Origin: Octopus sinensis
Taxonomy: Eukaryota
DNA length: 64,000 nt
NCBI RefSeq assembly: GCF_006345805.1
Contig: NC_042997.1
Span: 122,016,001-122,080,000 of the forward strand
Reading direction: 5' to 3'
Part shown: positions 13,481 through 27,472 of the stretch, in pieces
Layout: every line of letters starts with the position of its first letter
Numbering within the stretch: position 1 is the stretch's first letter
Notes under the pieces: generated by a model
What the model saw: the letters and a program-made list of their open reading frames with translations, nothing else
Told to the model about the DNA's origin: nothing
Database searches by the model: none
Made by a program: the position numbers and the translations under genes

Positions 13481-14185
13481 GTGTGGGTGGGTGTGTGTGT
13501 ATAATTTCTACTTAGACTCTATTAATAGATGGAATCATGAAGTGTCGCTTCAGATTTGTACTTATAGACAAAGTCATCTCGAAAATGACATGAACAAGCA
13601 TTACTTTCACACATACAAGCATATATGTTTGGATGTAAATCATATCTTGTTGAATGTTTCCTGTCGCATATTTAATAATGTATATAATTCATTCGATTTT
13701 TTTTATCATTTCCCTTCATTTATAAGTTTTGTTTTTAGTTATCTATTTTAATAATTTCCCCTGTCTTGTATTTGCACCATTCTTTCTCCTCTAAATATTT
13801 TGTAAAAATCTATGTAGGTAGATGTTTGATGGGCAATGTCTCGAGAATATGGAGGGTGTAGCAGTCGCTCACCTATTCGAACGATTCGAGAACATCGTGT
13901 CGTGTGAGACCTAGCATTATCTTAATGAAAGAGATTCTTAGGTGCTTCGTTAAAGCTGCCTTCGAACGTTGATGTTGCGACAGTAGATTTCAGAAGTCAT
14001 TGTTTGATACGGCCCTAAAAGTTATTGGTGAATTATTCTTCCACACCACATGAAACACTCAAACTAATATGTAATTCTTATTCACATATCGTACCTTTTT
14101 TTATTTTTATATATGTATACATACATATATGTATATGTCGTACCTTTCTTTCTTTATTTATTTATTCTTTTATGACTTAGCTACT

Positions 14186-17100
14186 CAGCGCCGGTCACCG
14201 GAGTGATATTTGATCACTTTATAGAGTGTCTGGGTGTCGGTTTGGTATCTGCAATAGCTTAACTCATGGGCAGGTAGCAGCTCTTTAACTTTGGTTGCTA
14301 ATCTACCTAGAAGAAGGAAATATCGGAAATAAAATCTGAGGCTTTGGAAGTTCCTGGTTTTGTCAATTTTGTCAAACCGGTGAAATTTCGTTTCGGGCCA
14401 ATAGGTGGGGGCAGTGCACTGCAAGCTACACCCACAGAAAATTATTCATCTGCACAGGTACTTCCAGTACTCCAGATCTTAGTAAAAACATTCAATTGGT
14501 TGGTTGGCAGAAACCTAAAAATGCACTTGTAACTTACTCTAAAATATGTCAAACAGATTCAGTAAATGACAAAAAAGGCTTGGGAACGTCAAGGGAACAG
14601 TTCTGACTCGGCAGATGTCCCAGTTTATCACAGGCTGGACCCGATCACCATCCTACCACTGGGGTCAAACAATCTTCAAGAAAAAGTAAAAATAAACATC
14701 GTTTGAATTTTGGCTATTGGAATGTGCGCACACTTGATGATAATTTCAACAAGAGGACAGAAAGGCGTACTGCATTTATTGCATGTGAACTCAAGAAATA
14801 TTCCCTTGAAATGGTTGCGCTCTCGGAAACTTGTCTCTCTTGTGAGGGTCAAGTAACTGAACCTACTTATGGATATACAATCTTTTGGAGAGGCCTACTA
14901 AACGGTCAGCGTAGAGAATCTTGTGTTAGGTTTGCTCTCGAGAATACATTAGTATCCTCCACTGCAGAGCTTCCAAGTGGTATACCTGAGCGGATTATGT
15001 CATGCCGTACTAAACTGACAAAAGGTAGGTTTCTTACCGTTGTCAGTATTTATGAACCAACAATGTTCCAATCTGATGAAACTGTAAAACAGTTTAATGA
15101 TGATCTAGCATGATTAGTGAGAAAAGTACCGATTTCTGACAAGCTGGTCATACTAGGAGATTTCAATGCAAGTGCTGGAAAGGACTATGTTTCATGGTCT
15201 GTTACAGGTCGACGTGGGACTGGAAAATGCAATAAAAATGGAGTAGCTCTTTTGAAGTTTTCTACTGAGAATAATCTGGTTGTCACTAACACTCAGTTTA
15301 AGCAAAAAAATAAATATAAAACCACCTGGATGCACCCAAGATCTAAGCACTAGCATATCATAGATTATATTCTGATCAGGAAACGTGATACGAAAGACGT
15401 TTCTAGCGTTCGGGCCATGAGAGGAGCAGAAAGCTGGACAGACCATCTTCCAGTGCGTGGGAAAATAGACTCTTCGATAATGCTTAAAAATCGACTGTCT
15501 GGTCCTAAGGTACTCAAAAGTTAAATTATCAAGAAACTTGCACAGCTTCCACAATGCTATAGAAAGAATCAATCTTAACCCAAACAATTTATGGGAAGAT
15601 TTCATAACAGAAGTATTTCAGGCGGCAAGTTCGGCAGTGGGATTTAAATCTCATAAATCAAGTGACTTGTTCTCAGAAAGATCAGCAGAAACTCATGACC
15701 TACTTTTAGCAAAACAAATCTTAGGCAATACACTTCTTTCGAAGTCCTTGAAGCCCCTCTCAAACGAAAGTTACAAAGAACTGTAAAGGAAAGTGCAGAG
15801 TGCTCTAAGGAAAATCAAACAGGAATGGTGGACTTATAGAGTAAAAGGGGCAAAAGAAGCAGCTGATAGAAATGAAGCCAAAGGTTTGTACTCTTATGTT
15901 AAGGAGGTATATGGCCCAAAATCTTCTTCAATAGCTCCTGTGAGAACAGCAAATGGACGTTTTCTTCTGACTGACACCGCTTCTATTCATAAGCGTTGAG
16001 TAGAACATTTTTCTGCACTTTTGAATAGACCATCATCCGTTGACACGAGACCGATAGAAACAATTGAATACCTTCCAGTTATAGAAGAGATGGCATCTTT
16101 ACAAATTCTAAATGACATTTATTTAGCTGTGAATAAGCTGAATAACAATAAGTCTCCAGGGTCTGATGGAATCTGTGCAGAAGTTTTGAAATATGTGGTG
16201 TGACAAAATGTTTGAACTTTTAAGTATATTAATTTGTCACTGTTGGAGAACTAAGAAAGTGCCTCAAGACTGGATTGATGCCATTTTAATCTCATTGTAT
16301 AAATCGGGGCCAAAGGATCTGTGTGGTAATTTACGTGGGATTTTGCTTTGTCTGTGGTTGGAAAGGTATTTTCTCGCATTTTCTTAGAACGTTTAAATAC
16401 ATTTATAGTTCCAAATATAGTGTCTGAGTCTCAGTGTGATTTTCGTTCCTCCAGGGACACAGCTTATTGTATCTTTACTGTGAGACAATTACAAGAAATG
16501 TGTATTAAACAGAATCTCGCTCTATACCATTGCTTAGTTGATTTGAGCAAAACACTCGATGCTGTTAAACGAAATGGTCTGTAGCTAATTCTAAGGAAAC
16601 TAGGTTGCCCAGAAAAATTTGAAAACTTGGTCAGGGCTTTGCATCAAGAAATAAAAGCTAGTGTTAATTTTGGTGGTTTCTCTCTGAATCTTTTGATGTG
16701 GAAAATGGAGTAAAGCAAGGCGCCCTTGATACATCCACCTTCTTTGCAATATACTTTGTTGTGGTGTTGTCACATGCTTTTCAAAACTCCGAGGAGAGTA
16801 TTTACAGAAAATATCGAAGGACAGGGAATGTTTTTAATCTGACTACTCTGAAATTCAAAACGAAGGTTTTTACTTCACTCATTAGGGAACTTGTGTATGC
16901 TGACGATTGCGATCTTGTCAGTCATTCTGAAACAGGTCTGCAATCTCTTGTATCTGCATTTGACTCAGCTTGTGATGATTTAGCTGGACCATTAACTTGA
17001 AAAATAAAACAGATGTAATGCATCTACCTGCGTGTGGTGCTGTTAGTAACCCCACTAAAAGTTTTGTTAAGGGAAAGTTACTTGAGGTTGTCAATTCATT

Positions 17101-18090
17101 CATCTACCTTGGAAGCTCTTCAAAATTATAGAAATATTTATACAGAAATACAGTTGCGAATTCAAAGGGCAGCAAAAACATTTTGTAGCTTGGAGTCATG
17201 CGTTTGGTGCCAGCGACATATAAATATGAATAGAAATTTGGCTCTTTACAAATCATATGTCTTACCATCACTGTTGTATTCTTGTGAACATGGACTTGTT
17301 ATGAAAGGTATTTAAAACTGTTATAGAAATTCCACCAAAAATACCTTCATCGCATTTAAAAAATTAAATAGAGTTCTTTTACTCCAAACACAGATTCCTT
17401 GCATCTACAAGCATCACCTCAATTAAAGCTATGATTTTGAGGAACCAATGGAGATGTTGTGGCCATATTGTTCGAATGGTAGATGAACGCATGCCGAAAC
17501 AGCTGTTTTATGGTGAGCTTGCAGAGGGGAAACGCTATCGGCGTAAACCTTAAAAAAAGGTTTAAGGACGACATAAGGATTACTATGAAGGCACTTGTAA
17601 TGGTTAAGATATAGGAACCCTTGCTTCGGATCGAGTTGAAGGGCAAAGTTGTGGAGTTGAGTAAAATAATTAGAAGAGGCCAGGATAACGCAAGCAAGAC
17701 TCAAAAGAGATCTAAGGCAGAATGTAACGATCAAGAAAGTGAGAGACAATGACCTTTTTTGCATGCAGTCTTTTATAGACCGTGCCTGTCTTTGGCTAGC
17801 CTCAAATATCGTATGTGAACGCATGGAAAACGAACCTCCACCAACTATTTTGACGATATGTCCGAGCACACCTTTGAATGCAGTGTATGCCAGAAGGGTT
17901 GCAAATCCAACGGAGACCTCAAGAGACATGTTAAGATACACAAAGAGCAGAACTTATCTGCAGATTTTGGTGGTCCAAATCAGAGGTACAATCTATGTGG
18001 GTGTCTTTTCAGAACATTGTCTGGTTTAAAAAGCCACATCAGAGGTCATGATGGTGCTAAGGTGTAGGTACAGGAGGTGGTCAAACTCCA
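14186..18090 (+). mobile_element. Near-full-length RTE-clade LINE, pseudogenised (APE endonuclease, RT, C-terminal C2H2 fingers)
   Basis: APE: WNVRTL, VALSET, LGDFNA, WMHPRSKH. RT: KSPGSDGI, QCDFR, GVKQG, YADD (16698-17000). Many stops and frameshifts. The 5' boundary is approximate; the 3' end runs into (TA)n. Confidence 0.92.
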
Positions 18091-18106
18091 TATGTATGTA
18101 TATATA

Positions 18107-18154
<48 letters not shown>

Positions 18155-18720
18155 AAGGGTATGATTTGTGGAGGAAACTGATTATTTATCTACCTGACTA
18201 ATTACAGCAGCTACAATTAAAAGTTCTATTCACTACAAACATCACACTTAAAATTATGCACACCAAACAAACACACACACGCAAAAACACACGCACACAT
18301 ACACATATACACATGGATATATATATTTATACACTCACACTTGCCCACACTATCTTTCTGTGGAGGCATACGTTGTCGTGTGGTGATTGTTTCTTTTACA
18401 GAAAAGTTACATTGCCTAATGGTTAATAACCATGTTATTTGGGGCTTCAGGATATTTTTAATCATAACTAACCTATTTTTGTGTTTTTTTTTCGTTTGGA
18501 TTGTAAACCATTGAAATTAATCATTAATAATATAGTGCAGTCTTAAGAAACAAAAGAACTTTCCATCTAATAATTATATTTTTCTCTCTTTAATGTACTG
18601 CCTTTTCTCTTAGAGACAGTTTTTTTCTCCTGATTTAATTCCTCGTTTTTATTTTAAATTAACAACGAAGAAATCAATACTAATAACAGAAATCAATAAT
18701 GAAAAAATAAATAAATCACA

Positions 18721-19065
18721 AATCTGATGATGCTGACGATAATGATAATAATAATAAGAAAAAGATAACAAACCCAACTATAATAATAATTATAATAATA
18801 ATAAGAAAATGAATGATGATAATGATGATAAAATTATTATTATTATTATTATTATTATATTATTATTATTATTATTATTATTATTTTTCATGTTATTACT
18901 TTTTATATTTTTGTTAGTATTACTGCTATAGTATTATTATTACTAATGTTAATATAATTGGCATTTTTATACTAAAAACAATAATATTAATATCAAAAAT
19001 ACGAATAATGAATTATTATTATTATTATTATTACTAGTAACATTACTATTATTTTTATTATTGCT
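18721..19065. repeat. Compound (AAT)n/(ATT)n low-complexity tract
   Basis: Directly visible trinucleotide repeats. Confidence 0.9.
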
Positions 19066-20107
19066 TTTGTTAGATAAATAAGCAAATCAAAACACAATCA
19101 CCAAAATAATCTTTTAGGGGATTAATTTAGAACGAATGGCTTCAAGTACAAGACAGTAAGGCTGTCAAAGTTAATCTCTTAAGTGAAGATTGAAGAAATC
19201 AAGTATGGAACTAGCAAAAATGGTTGGGAGAATGTTAGAATGGCATCGTGTGCACATACACACACACACACATATATATATGCACATACAAACGCACATG
19301 CAAGGAATCGTATATCCGAGGGGATATACATACATCCATACGTGCAATGACATGCTAATAGGCAAAGAAACATGCATACGTATAAATACATACAGTGATA
19401 TTTATATATACGCAAACACACATACACAGACACATACATACATACATGCATACATATTGATACACATTCATTCTTAAATACATGCGTCACTAAATTTTTT
19501 GTGTTATTTAAATTTCATTGTTCCTATGTAAAGGACCACAGTTTTCTCTAGAAGAAGATACTTAAATTTACATACGCATATAGGAGCAGTAGTCGCCCCT
19601 GACATGCATTACTAACCAAGAATATATCTTGAAATGTGGATAATTCTAAATAATGACCATCAAACAAGAACAGACGATAATATTGGTTTCAAAGTTTGGT
19701 CCATAACCAGGAACTTCGTGGGAATGCTCTACAAGCACTTTTATCAACTAAGGCAAAAACAATTTCGACGGAATTTAAACGTAAAGACAGACAAAAGGCC
19801 ACTGAATATTTTACCTATTCTGCCAGCTCTCCGCCTTACAACGGTCTATTATATTAAAACTAACATATTCCTGTTTAGAATCATGTAATTACATAAGTTG
19901 ATATCTGAATATCACAAAAATAATTACGATCTACACAAAGATATGTAACGACGTACCCTTGTATTGTTTCACAGCATCACTTAGCTTGTTGAATTAGCTG
20001 CTCGAACATATTTCGCAATCATTTGAATTCTTAGGTGCCATAGTGTATTGAAGTTCTAATATAAATTTCATTCCAGAATAAAATAGCCTAGTATATTAGT
20101 TGTTCTT

Positions 20108-20370
20108 GTGTGTTCCTTCTCGAGCCATTCCTGGCTCATAATGGCCGGTTGCCGGTTTCATTGGCGTAGAGATTCTCCAGTTAGATGCAGGAGGAAAGAA
20201 TGAGAGAAAGTTGTGGCAAAAGAGTCAGCAGAAGTTTTCCATTAACTTCTGTTGGAGCCGCGTGGAACTTAAGTGATTCGCTCCTAAACACACACATCAC
20301 CTGGTTTAAGATTCGAACCCGCGATCGCTCAATCGCGAGTCTGCCGCTCTAAACACTAGGCCATGTAGCT
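20108..20370 (-). mobile_element. tRNA-derived SINE family C
   Basis: Matches 32861-33163 and 58827-59128; minus-strand head catggcctagtgtttagagcgg...gggttcgaatc. Confidence 0.8.
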
Positions 20371-20518
20371 CAACCCTAGTATATATATATATGTAATGTA
20401 GGATAACATTTTTTTCGAAAAGAATTATTTTCCCAAAAAATGTTATCAATGGCCAGCATATTAAAACATACCTTTAAAGGTTAAAATTATAAACAATTCA
20501 TAAATAAGGGCAATATAT

Positions 20519-20568
<50 letters not shown>

Positions 20569-21450
20569 AGATAGATAGACAGATAGATAGATGCACATAT
20601 GTGTGTGTATGTGTATATAATACTATTATTTGATTTAGTCAGACGACTGCGGTCGTCCTTGAGCACCATCATGTATATAAGAGCAGCGTGTGTGTATGCA
20701 TGTATGTACACGAATACACGTGATATGTACATCTGATTGTCAGTGAGTATATAAAAGTTTATTATATATATATGTGTGTGTGTATATGTGTGTGTGTAGA
20801 GAGAGAGAGAGAGGGAAAGAAAGAAATTGAAGGGAGAGAGTCATTATAAAGAAGAGTAGAGAATTATACATATTCAAAATATTTTTATTACTCATTAAAC
20901 TCCAGTCCGACAGGTGTTTCTCTTGGATAAGTGTCCTAATGTCCTTTGATGTAGCTTTGTGCATTTATGTGATTCAATACACGTTTATCCAAAGCAGACA
21001 TTTCTACGCAGCTTCGTTCAAGTTTTATCCGATGCGGTTGAATCAAACTAAGGTTTGAAGTGTAAAATATTCCTTAAAGTATATTCTAGGTGAGAGATCA
21101 TAAAGCCTTGGGGTCTATGGCAGTACGGAATAGTTTGATTAGTTTTAAACACAATATTGTATATAGTTCTGGTATCATTTAATATTATACTTAATTGTAG
21201 TAAAATTTCCCTACATAGGTCAGGAATCGAGAGGAAGAGGAAATAAATATATAAAGTATAGGGTATCGAGACCAGTCCTTAGGAATAAAATTTTGTATAT
21301 ATGTTATTTTTTATAACAAGCTCTTTTACTGAGTTCTACCTATAGACTCACAGGATCATCAGGCAAGTTATGACTAAAAATTGATAGAAGTAAACCTATA
21401 GTTTTCTTGGGAGTCGTGGTAGAAAGAATGTGTGACAAAATGGGATGTGA

Positions 21451-21541
<91 letters not shown>

Positions 21542-21675
21542 CAATTATTAATTTTGCAATAATCTGATAAATTACTCTGTACTTTTGTACAGTGCAAATA
21601 TATCATTCTGAAATAATATTATTGTTCATATATAATTAATCTCTGAACGAGATATAAACAGTAGCTGCACGACAA

Positions 21676-22032
21676 CGTGAAGTACATTTGCCACTTAAAT
21701 GTAGCTAACGCCTAAGGGTGGATGTTACTGTAGCTTGTAGCCCCAGGAGGACACCTCCTCCAGCTGGCTATTGACACACTTTCTGTGCCCTATCAGTATT
21801 TTCCTCGACAACCGCTGATTGTCGCGCGCTGATGACGGGTCAATACCCAGAAATTCGAGTCTGTGTGTACCGTAGGTTAAAGACGAGAAGGATGGCTTCC
21901 CTTTGCAAATACTGATAGGGCACAGAAAGTCTGTCAATAGCCAGCTGGAGGAGGTGTCCTCCTGGGGCTACAAGATACAGTAGCATCCATCCTTAGGAGT
22001 TAGCCATATTTAAGTGGCAAATGTACTTCACG
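21676..22032. mobile_element. Fold-back element, family P3: 126-bp inverted arms around a 105-bp HHR-containing spacer
   Basis: Arms 21676-21801 and 21907-22032 differ at about 7 positions; spacer and right arm are homologous to 51136-51328. Confidence 0.85.
21824..21866 (+). ncRNA. Type I hammerhead ribozyme motif (P3, partly decayed)
   Basis: gcgcg-CTGATGA-c-GGGT-caat-ACCC-a-GAAA-T-tcga-GTC-tgtgt; stem I pairs through G-U wobbles. Confidence 0.65.
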
Positions 22033-22036
22033 AATG

Positions 22037-22087
<51 letters not shown>

Positions 22088-22941
22088 TATATTATACAAT
22101 GACTCCGAATTTTCGATTAGCTCGCCTTCATCAAACTATCTAATGAAGATGAGAAAGTAGAAACTTTCAATTCAGGTGCACTCTCCTAAAAAAAATTTAG
22201 TAATCTTTCAATATACCACTGAATGTTTGTATATATATTTTGTCTAACTTAACATCAAACTAAACATTGTGCAAGAATTTATAAAGAATATAATAAACGA
22301 ATGGAGTTATGTAAGATCCAGCGGAACAAACGTCTAGAAATATGCGGAAATACCAGATTCCAGATTTTTTTTCATTCTATAAATGCCCAAGGGATGATCC
22401 AAAATACCGGAAGGAAAAGGAAATACATTTTATAAAAACAAAATTTCACGAAAACTAAACGCATAAAAACATATATATATAAAATCATGAGAAATGTTTA
22501 TTAGATAAAAAAATATTTCCGGGTGAACAAAACCAAATAATTAGATATTGTTGCTATTGATGTTCTTATTACTATTATTAAATTACTGGAAAAATTAGCT
22601 CTAAAACAATAAACACACACAAACACATTCTATGCCCCCTCTCTCTCTTATCCACACACAGACACGCGCGAGCATTTAAAAGCCTTCTCAACCAATTTAT
22701 TGAATTCAAAACCTTAACAGCTACTGAACAGGCGACCAAAAATCCTGGCAGTCAGTTGATGACTACAAACGATACAGAATCTCGAAGCACATCACATAAA
22801 GCAACAACTAAAAGTATGTAAAACCCCAAAGAGTTTTTTATTCCAATGTTATACTCTATTACATGATATGCTTAATGATTCCCTTTCCCAAAAAGTGATA
22901 TATATCTATACATTTATCTGCCTTTATCTGTCTGTCTCTCT

Positions 22942-22993
<52 letters not shown>

Positions 22994-25474
22994 GTTCTGT
23001 ATTTTTCTATAAACTTTAGCATATTCTGAGTTCTGTATTTTTTGTTATTTTCTAGTATACAGCTAAGATCATCATACTATGACTTCCAACCACATCTATT
23101 CATTTTCCTGTTGCTTTCTTCTATTATACATGCATCATCTACTCGGCAAACACGACCTTAGATTTTCCATGAGCGTTGACCTCGAAGACAACCTCTAATG
23201 CGGATGTGCTAATCGGGTCATTTCGGTAGCAATAATACAGAAACACTAATTATATATTTAAAATGGCATCACATAAGAACTCGCAGAATCATATTCAGCA
23301 TGAAAGCGGAGCACGCACAGTTACTCTCTAAATATTGAATCTCAAGACGATTACACATAATGAAAGGCGAACATGAATATCGCTAGAATTTTATCCATAC
23401 CATCGTTTTTATCTATGCAGTGTGAGAAGATATTTCAACCTGCAATAATTATGAAGATTTCCATGGATGTGTCGTCACTCTGCATCAGGGACGGCACAGC
23501 TGCAACGGCACAGGTGCAACTTCATATAGGCATTTTGGACTGATTGACTTAAACACACGAACAGCCTCACATCAACATGTGGAACATAAGCACGTTATCT
23601 CACCTCTAGCTTTTCTATCTATATTCTATTGGATAATGCTTCTTGCTGCGTCTAATCTTTCAAGATGCCACACGAAACAATACGTTCAGTCTCTCCTTAT
23701 CACGAAATTTACCATCTGCCGCCCATTCTTTACCTGTGTTCTTTTCGCTGGTCTCGACTTCCTCTAAAGGAAATTTAACTGGTCAATCTCAATGGTCTTG
23801 GAGAAACTGCGAAATACATGGACAACGCCGTTACGTTCTGATCCAGCAATTGAGATACATATGTGTGTGTGTGTGTATGTGTGTGTGCGTGCGTGCGGAC
23901 TGTAATGATCAAACCAGATTTTCTATTGCTTAAGTATAACTCACCACAGCTTATATTTTTTGGTCGTCTAGTGCAATTTGAATCTTAAGACTTGCATAGC
24001 TGTTAAGCTCTAGCATTTACAGCATTAAGAAGACTAAAACACTCGATCTAAAGAGAAAGCATTTCAACCAGCAACAAAAGTATTACGTTCATAATCTAAC
24101 TTCATCGCAATTTGCCAAGTAACCATAGCAAATTTGGAACAAACATTCTGAGGATACATGCTGTCTATAAGTCTCTGAAACACGATGATTAGGGTCTATT
24201 GTATGGATGCGATTACAAAGCAGTAAAAATAGGTCCATTAGAAATATATACACATTATACAGTCTACTACAGAGGTAACACAACGGCTGAAATTTCTGCT
24301 GTTTCATCCTAACATATGCCTTATGCATATATATATATATATTTACGTAACGTTAGCTCCTTATTGCATCATTTGTACACGTACGCACATTATATATATA
24401 TATATATACATACATACATACACATCCATACACATGTGTGTGTATGTGTGTATATACGAACATGTGTACGTATATGCGTGTCTGCGTTTAGGGCTATACA
24501 TGTATTGCGACTATCACTTTGCCTATTTGTTGTTTCTCATCCACATTCACTCCATGTCTTTCTGTCTGTCCTGTCTGTCTGTCTGTCTGTCTCATCAACT
24601 CTGCATATATATGTGTGTGTGTGTGTACGTGTGATTTAATGACATATTCGTATGAAACCTCTTATGTCTTTATTATTATTTAGTGTGGAGTATTAACTCT
24701 TTTGTTGTAATAACTTGGCTCTGTGAAAATCGATTTTATAATGAATAGGCCGTGTAATTACAGTAGCCTCACAACGTCCGCGAAGAAGATTTCAATTGAA
24801 CTCTTCCATTATTGAATATCAGAAAGAATTTCATTGCTAGAATAAAATTGATTCAAAATAGACGCAAATGTTTCGAAATTTCGAAATCAATTTCATAACC
24901 ACGTTATTATACGCTCTTAAAAATGAAGAAGGAAAACGTAATGACATAGGCAAGTATAAGAAAAGAGAAAATAGGACGGGTAAAAAGAGAACAATGGATA
25001 TTATGAACGATATACTAAACACATTCCATACATAGCCACACGTACATGCGATCGCTTTGTACTTTCTTTAAGATTGTTTCCTAGTCTACAGAATCTCAAG
25101 CTCCCTTTTTCCTCTTCATATTAATTCCATTTAAGCCTTACCCAAACAATAGCTACCTTTCTTTAAAATAGTATTCGGACCAGTGTCTTTGATCATGAAT
25201 ATACCCAGATTCAAGGTATATTATGTATACCTTGAATCTACGTTATTGGGGACACACTAACCATTAATTTGAAATAGGCTTGCATCGCTAGCAATATATT
25301 GGTGACGACCTCATTTCAACTAATTTTCAATGTTTCTTTTTTTTTCTTTTTTTGATAGATATCAATATACACCTATTCAATCTATTTTATGTAATTATGC
25401 ATCATTTTCTAAACTGCATTGAAACATGCAACTCTTGTTTATAGATTACCTCTTTGTACCCGTTCTAACAATAT

Positions 25475-25521
<47 letters not shown>

Positions 25522-25536
25522 TTACTACTACTGCTT

Positions 25537-25570
<34 letters not shown>

Positions 25571-25592
25571 CACTACTACTAATACTACTAAT

Positions 25593-25631
<39 letters not shown>

Positions 25632-25692
25632 TGCAATAATAATGGTAATAATAACAATAACAATTATAGTAATAACAATGATAATAATAATG
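25475..25692. repeat. Compound (ACT)n-(AAT)n microsatellite
   Basis: Directly visible; source of the poly-T/N, poly-L/I and poly-V pseudo-ORFs. Confidence 0.95.
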
Positions 25693-26628
25693 ATTTCATT
25701 TATTTGAAAAAAGGGTGAAGGATGAGGGGGGGCAATAAGACGACAGACATAAAGTGTGGGGATTTACATATAACGAAATGATAAAAAATTAAAGAAAGAA
25801 AGAAAGTATACACGGTATATACTGAAAAAGAAGAGAAAAAGTAGTGGGGGGGATGATAGAAATGTGGCCTTCCAGATGCAGAAAGGACTAGTAATAATCG
25901 AGGAACCCCCGTATCCTAGATTTCCCTGAAACCCCAGTAGCAAGTGCCTTCTCCAAATACTTTTCTCGACTCACAGGTCTACACTTAGAGAGGTACCATC
26001 CACTCTTGGCATTTTCGTAACTTTCGCCTACCTTTCTATAAAGTCACTCGAGGACAACACTTCCCCCTCCACTCTCAATTTCCTTTTCGAGTAGAACTTG
26101 AAGATGTCAATTAAAGCTCTACAAAAGAGGAATGTATCTGTCCTCATGCCTTTCAGCCTGTCCACCAAACAAACCCTTTCGTCACAGCCACATAGGCAAA
26201 GGGGTACTGCATTACCTGCCAGATTGAAGGATAGTGGTGATGCGATCATCACTAGAGATTCGGAAACAAACGGATCCGTCCCACACGTGACAGCAGCTAT
26301 TCGACATAGCCTCACAGGTCAGCAATGCCAGAACGAAAGCGTGCAGAAGGGTTTCGTCAATCTGCGCGCACCTCGGACAAGCCCGTCTGACTGCACATCT
26401 GTGCCTGTAGAGTTTATCTCGAACCGGTAGCGCTCCCCCTAGTAGCCCTTCTAGGCCAAGGACATCTGGAAGTTATCCATGATCATTCGCGACCGGAATA
26501 TCCTCCAGAACAGACTAGCCAGTGGCCAGAATCTCCTAGAGAACGTTGCCGCACCTCCCTGGCACTAATCCTCTATAAATTTCTAAAGCGGAACCACCAG
26601 GCTGTCAGTGCCTGACGACATTCAAGGT
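25693..26628 (-). mobile_element. 3' fragment of a Tx1/L1-clade LINE, decayed
   Basis: Minus strand encodes RACPRCAQIDETLLHAF (CCHC-knuckle-like) followed by RLKGMRTDTFL..LIDIFKFY..RKLRVE.EVLS; the 3' UTR ends aataaatgaaatc at the microsatellite. Confidence 0.65.
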
Positions 26629-26630
26629 GC

Positions 26631-26805
26631 CAAATGCTTAGCGATATTTTTCCCGTCGTTCTGAGTTCAAATTCCGCCGAGGCTGATTTTGCCTCTCATA
26701 CTTTTGGGGTCTATAAATTAAGTACCAGTTGAGTACTGGCATCGATATAATCGACATGACACCCCTCCTCCCCAAAATTTCAAGCTTTGTACCTATAGTA
26801 GAAAA

Positions 26806-26807
<2 letters not shown>
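26631..26807 (+). mobile_element. SINE family B variant, 5'-truncated, with (ATT)n tail
   Basis: aaatgcttagcg...gttctgagttcaaattccgccgagg...aaattaagtaccagtt shared with 46543-46771; the 3' end differs. Confidence 0.75.
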
Positions 26808-26848
<41 letters not shown>

Positions 26849-26855
26849 ATTAATA

Positions 26856-27418
26856 TTGAGTGAGTGTGAGAGCAGTGCATGCCATGAAATTGACATTGGG
26901 ATACAAATATACAAAGCCCAGTATGCCCATCATGACTACCTGTCTGACAAGAGTACACCAAGCCCATGCACCACAACCATATGAGCGTGACACGGTGATC
27001 TCATACCAATATAAACAGCGCTTGACCTTGCGGGTTGGCTCAGTTAGAATTTTCTTCAGGTCGAGTAGCCCATCCCACTCAAAAAGTCCCCTATTAAGGG
27101 TTGTTTGAGGATGTAGATCGAACCACCCACGCTTCCAAAGGTGAAATATCCAAGCTCCAAAAAATTTCTCTTAACACATAGCTATGATCCTCCCCAACTA
27201 CATCTACTCGTGAACAAAGATGCACATATCCTCAGTCACTAAGGGACATTTTCAAGTGGTTATGGCCAAACAAGTGATAAGCAAATCTGTAGAATGAGCA
27301 GAATATTTACTGTAGCGCATTTCTCATACCAAGACAAATCAGTGTAATTGATAATACTTCCAGTCAGTTAAGATCAGAAACCACGAGAGCCACTGCCTGG
27401 TACTGCATCAGGACATTT
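26856..27418. repeat. About 563-bp element flanked by (ATT)n, copy 1 of a tandem pair
   Basis: Near-identical to 27473-28036 (period 617 bp; one substitution and one indel seen). Confidence 0.95.
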
Positions 27419-27472
27419 ATTATTATTATTATTATTATTTTATTATTATTATTATTATTATTAATATTAATA

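Noticed and set aside
14186-14700. HDV-like ribozyme at the 5' end of the RTE element (known in some RTEs)
   Set aside because: I could not build the nested double pseudoknot by eye; needs a descriptor search on the consensus
22096-22135. Minus-strand TTGATGA...GAAA...GTC hammerhead-like spacing
   Set aside because: C3 is missing without a compensating change at position 8, and stems II and III do not pair
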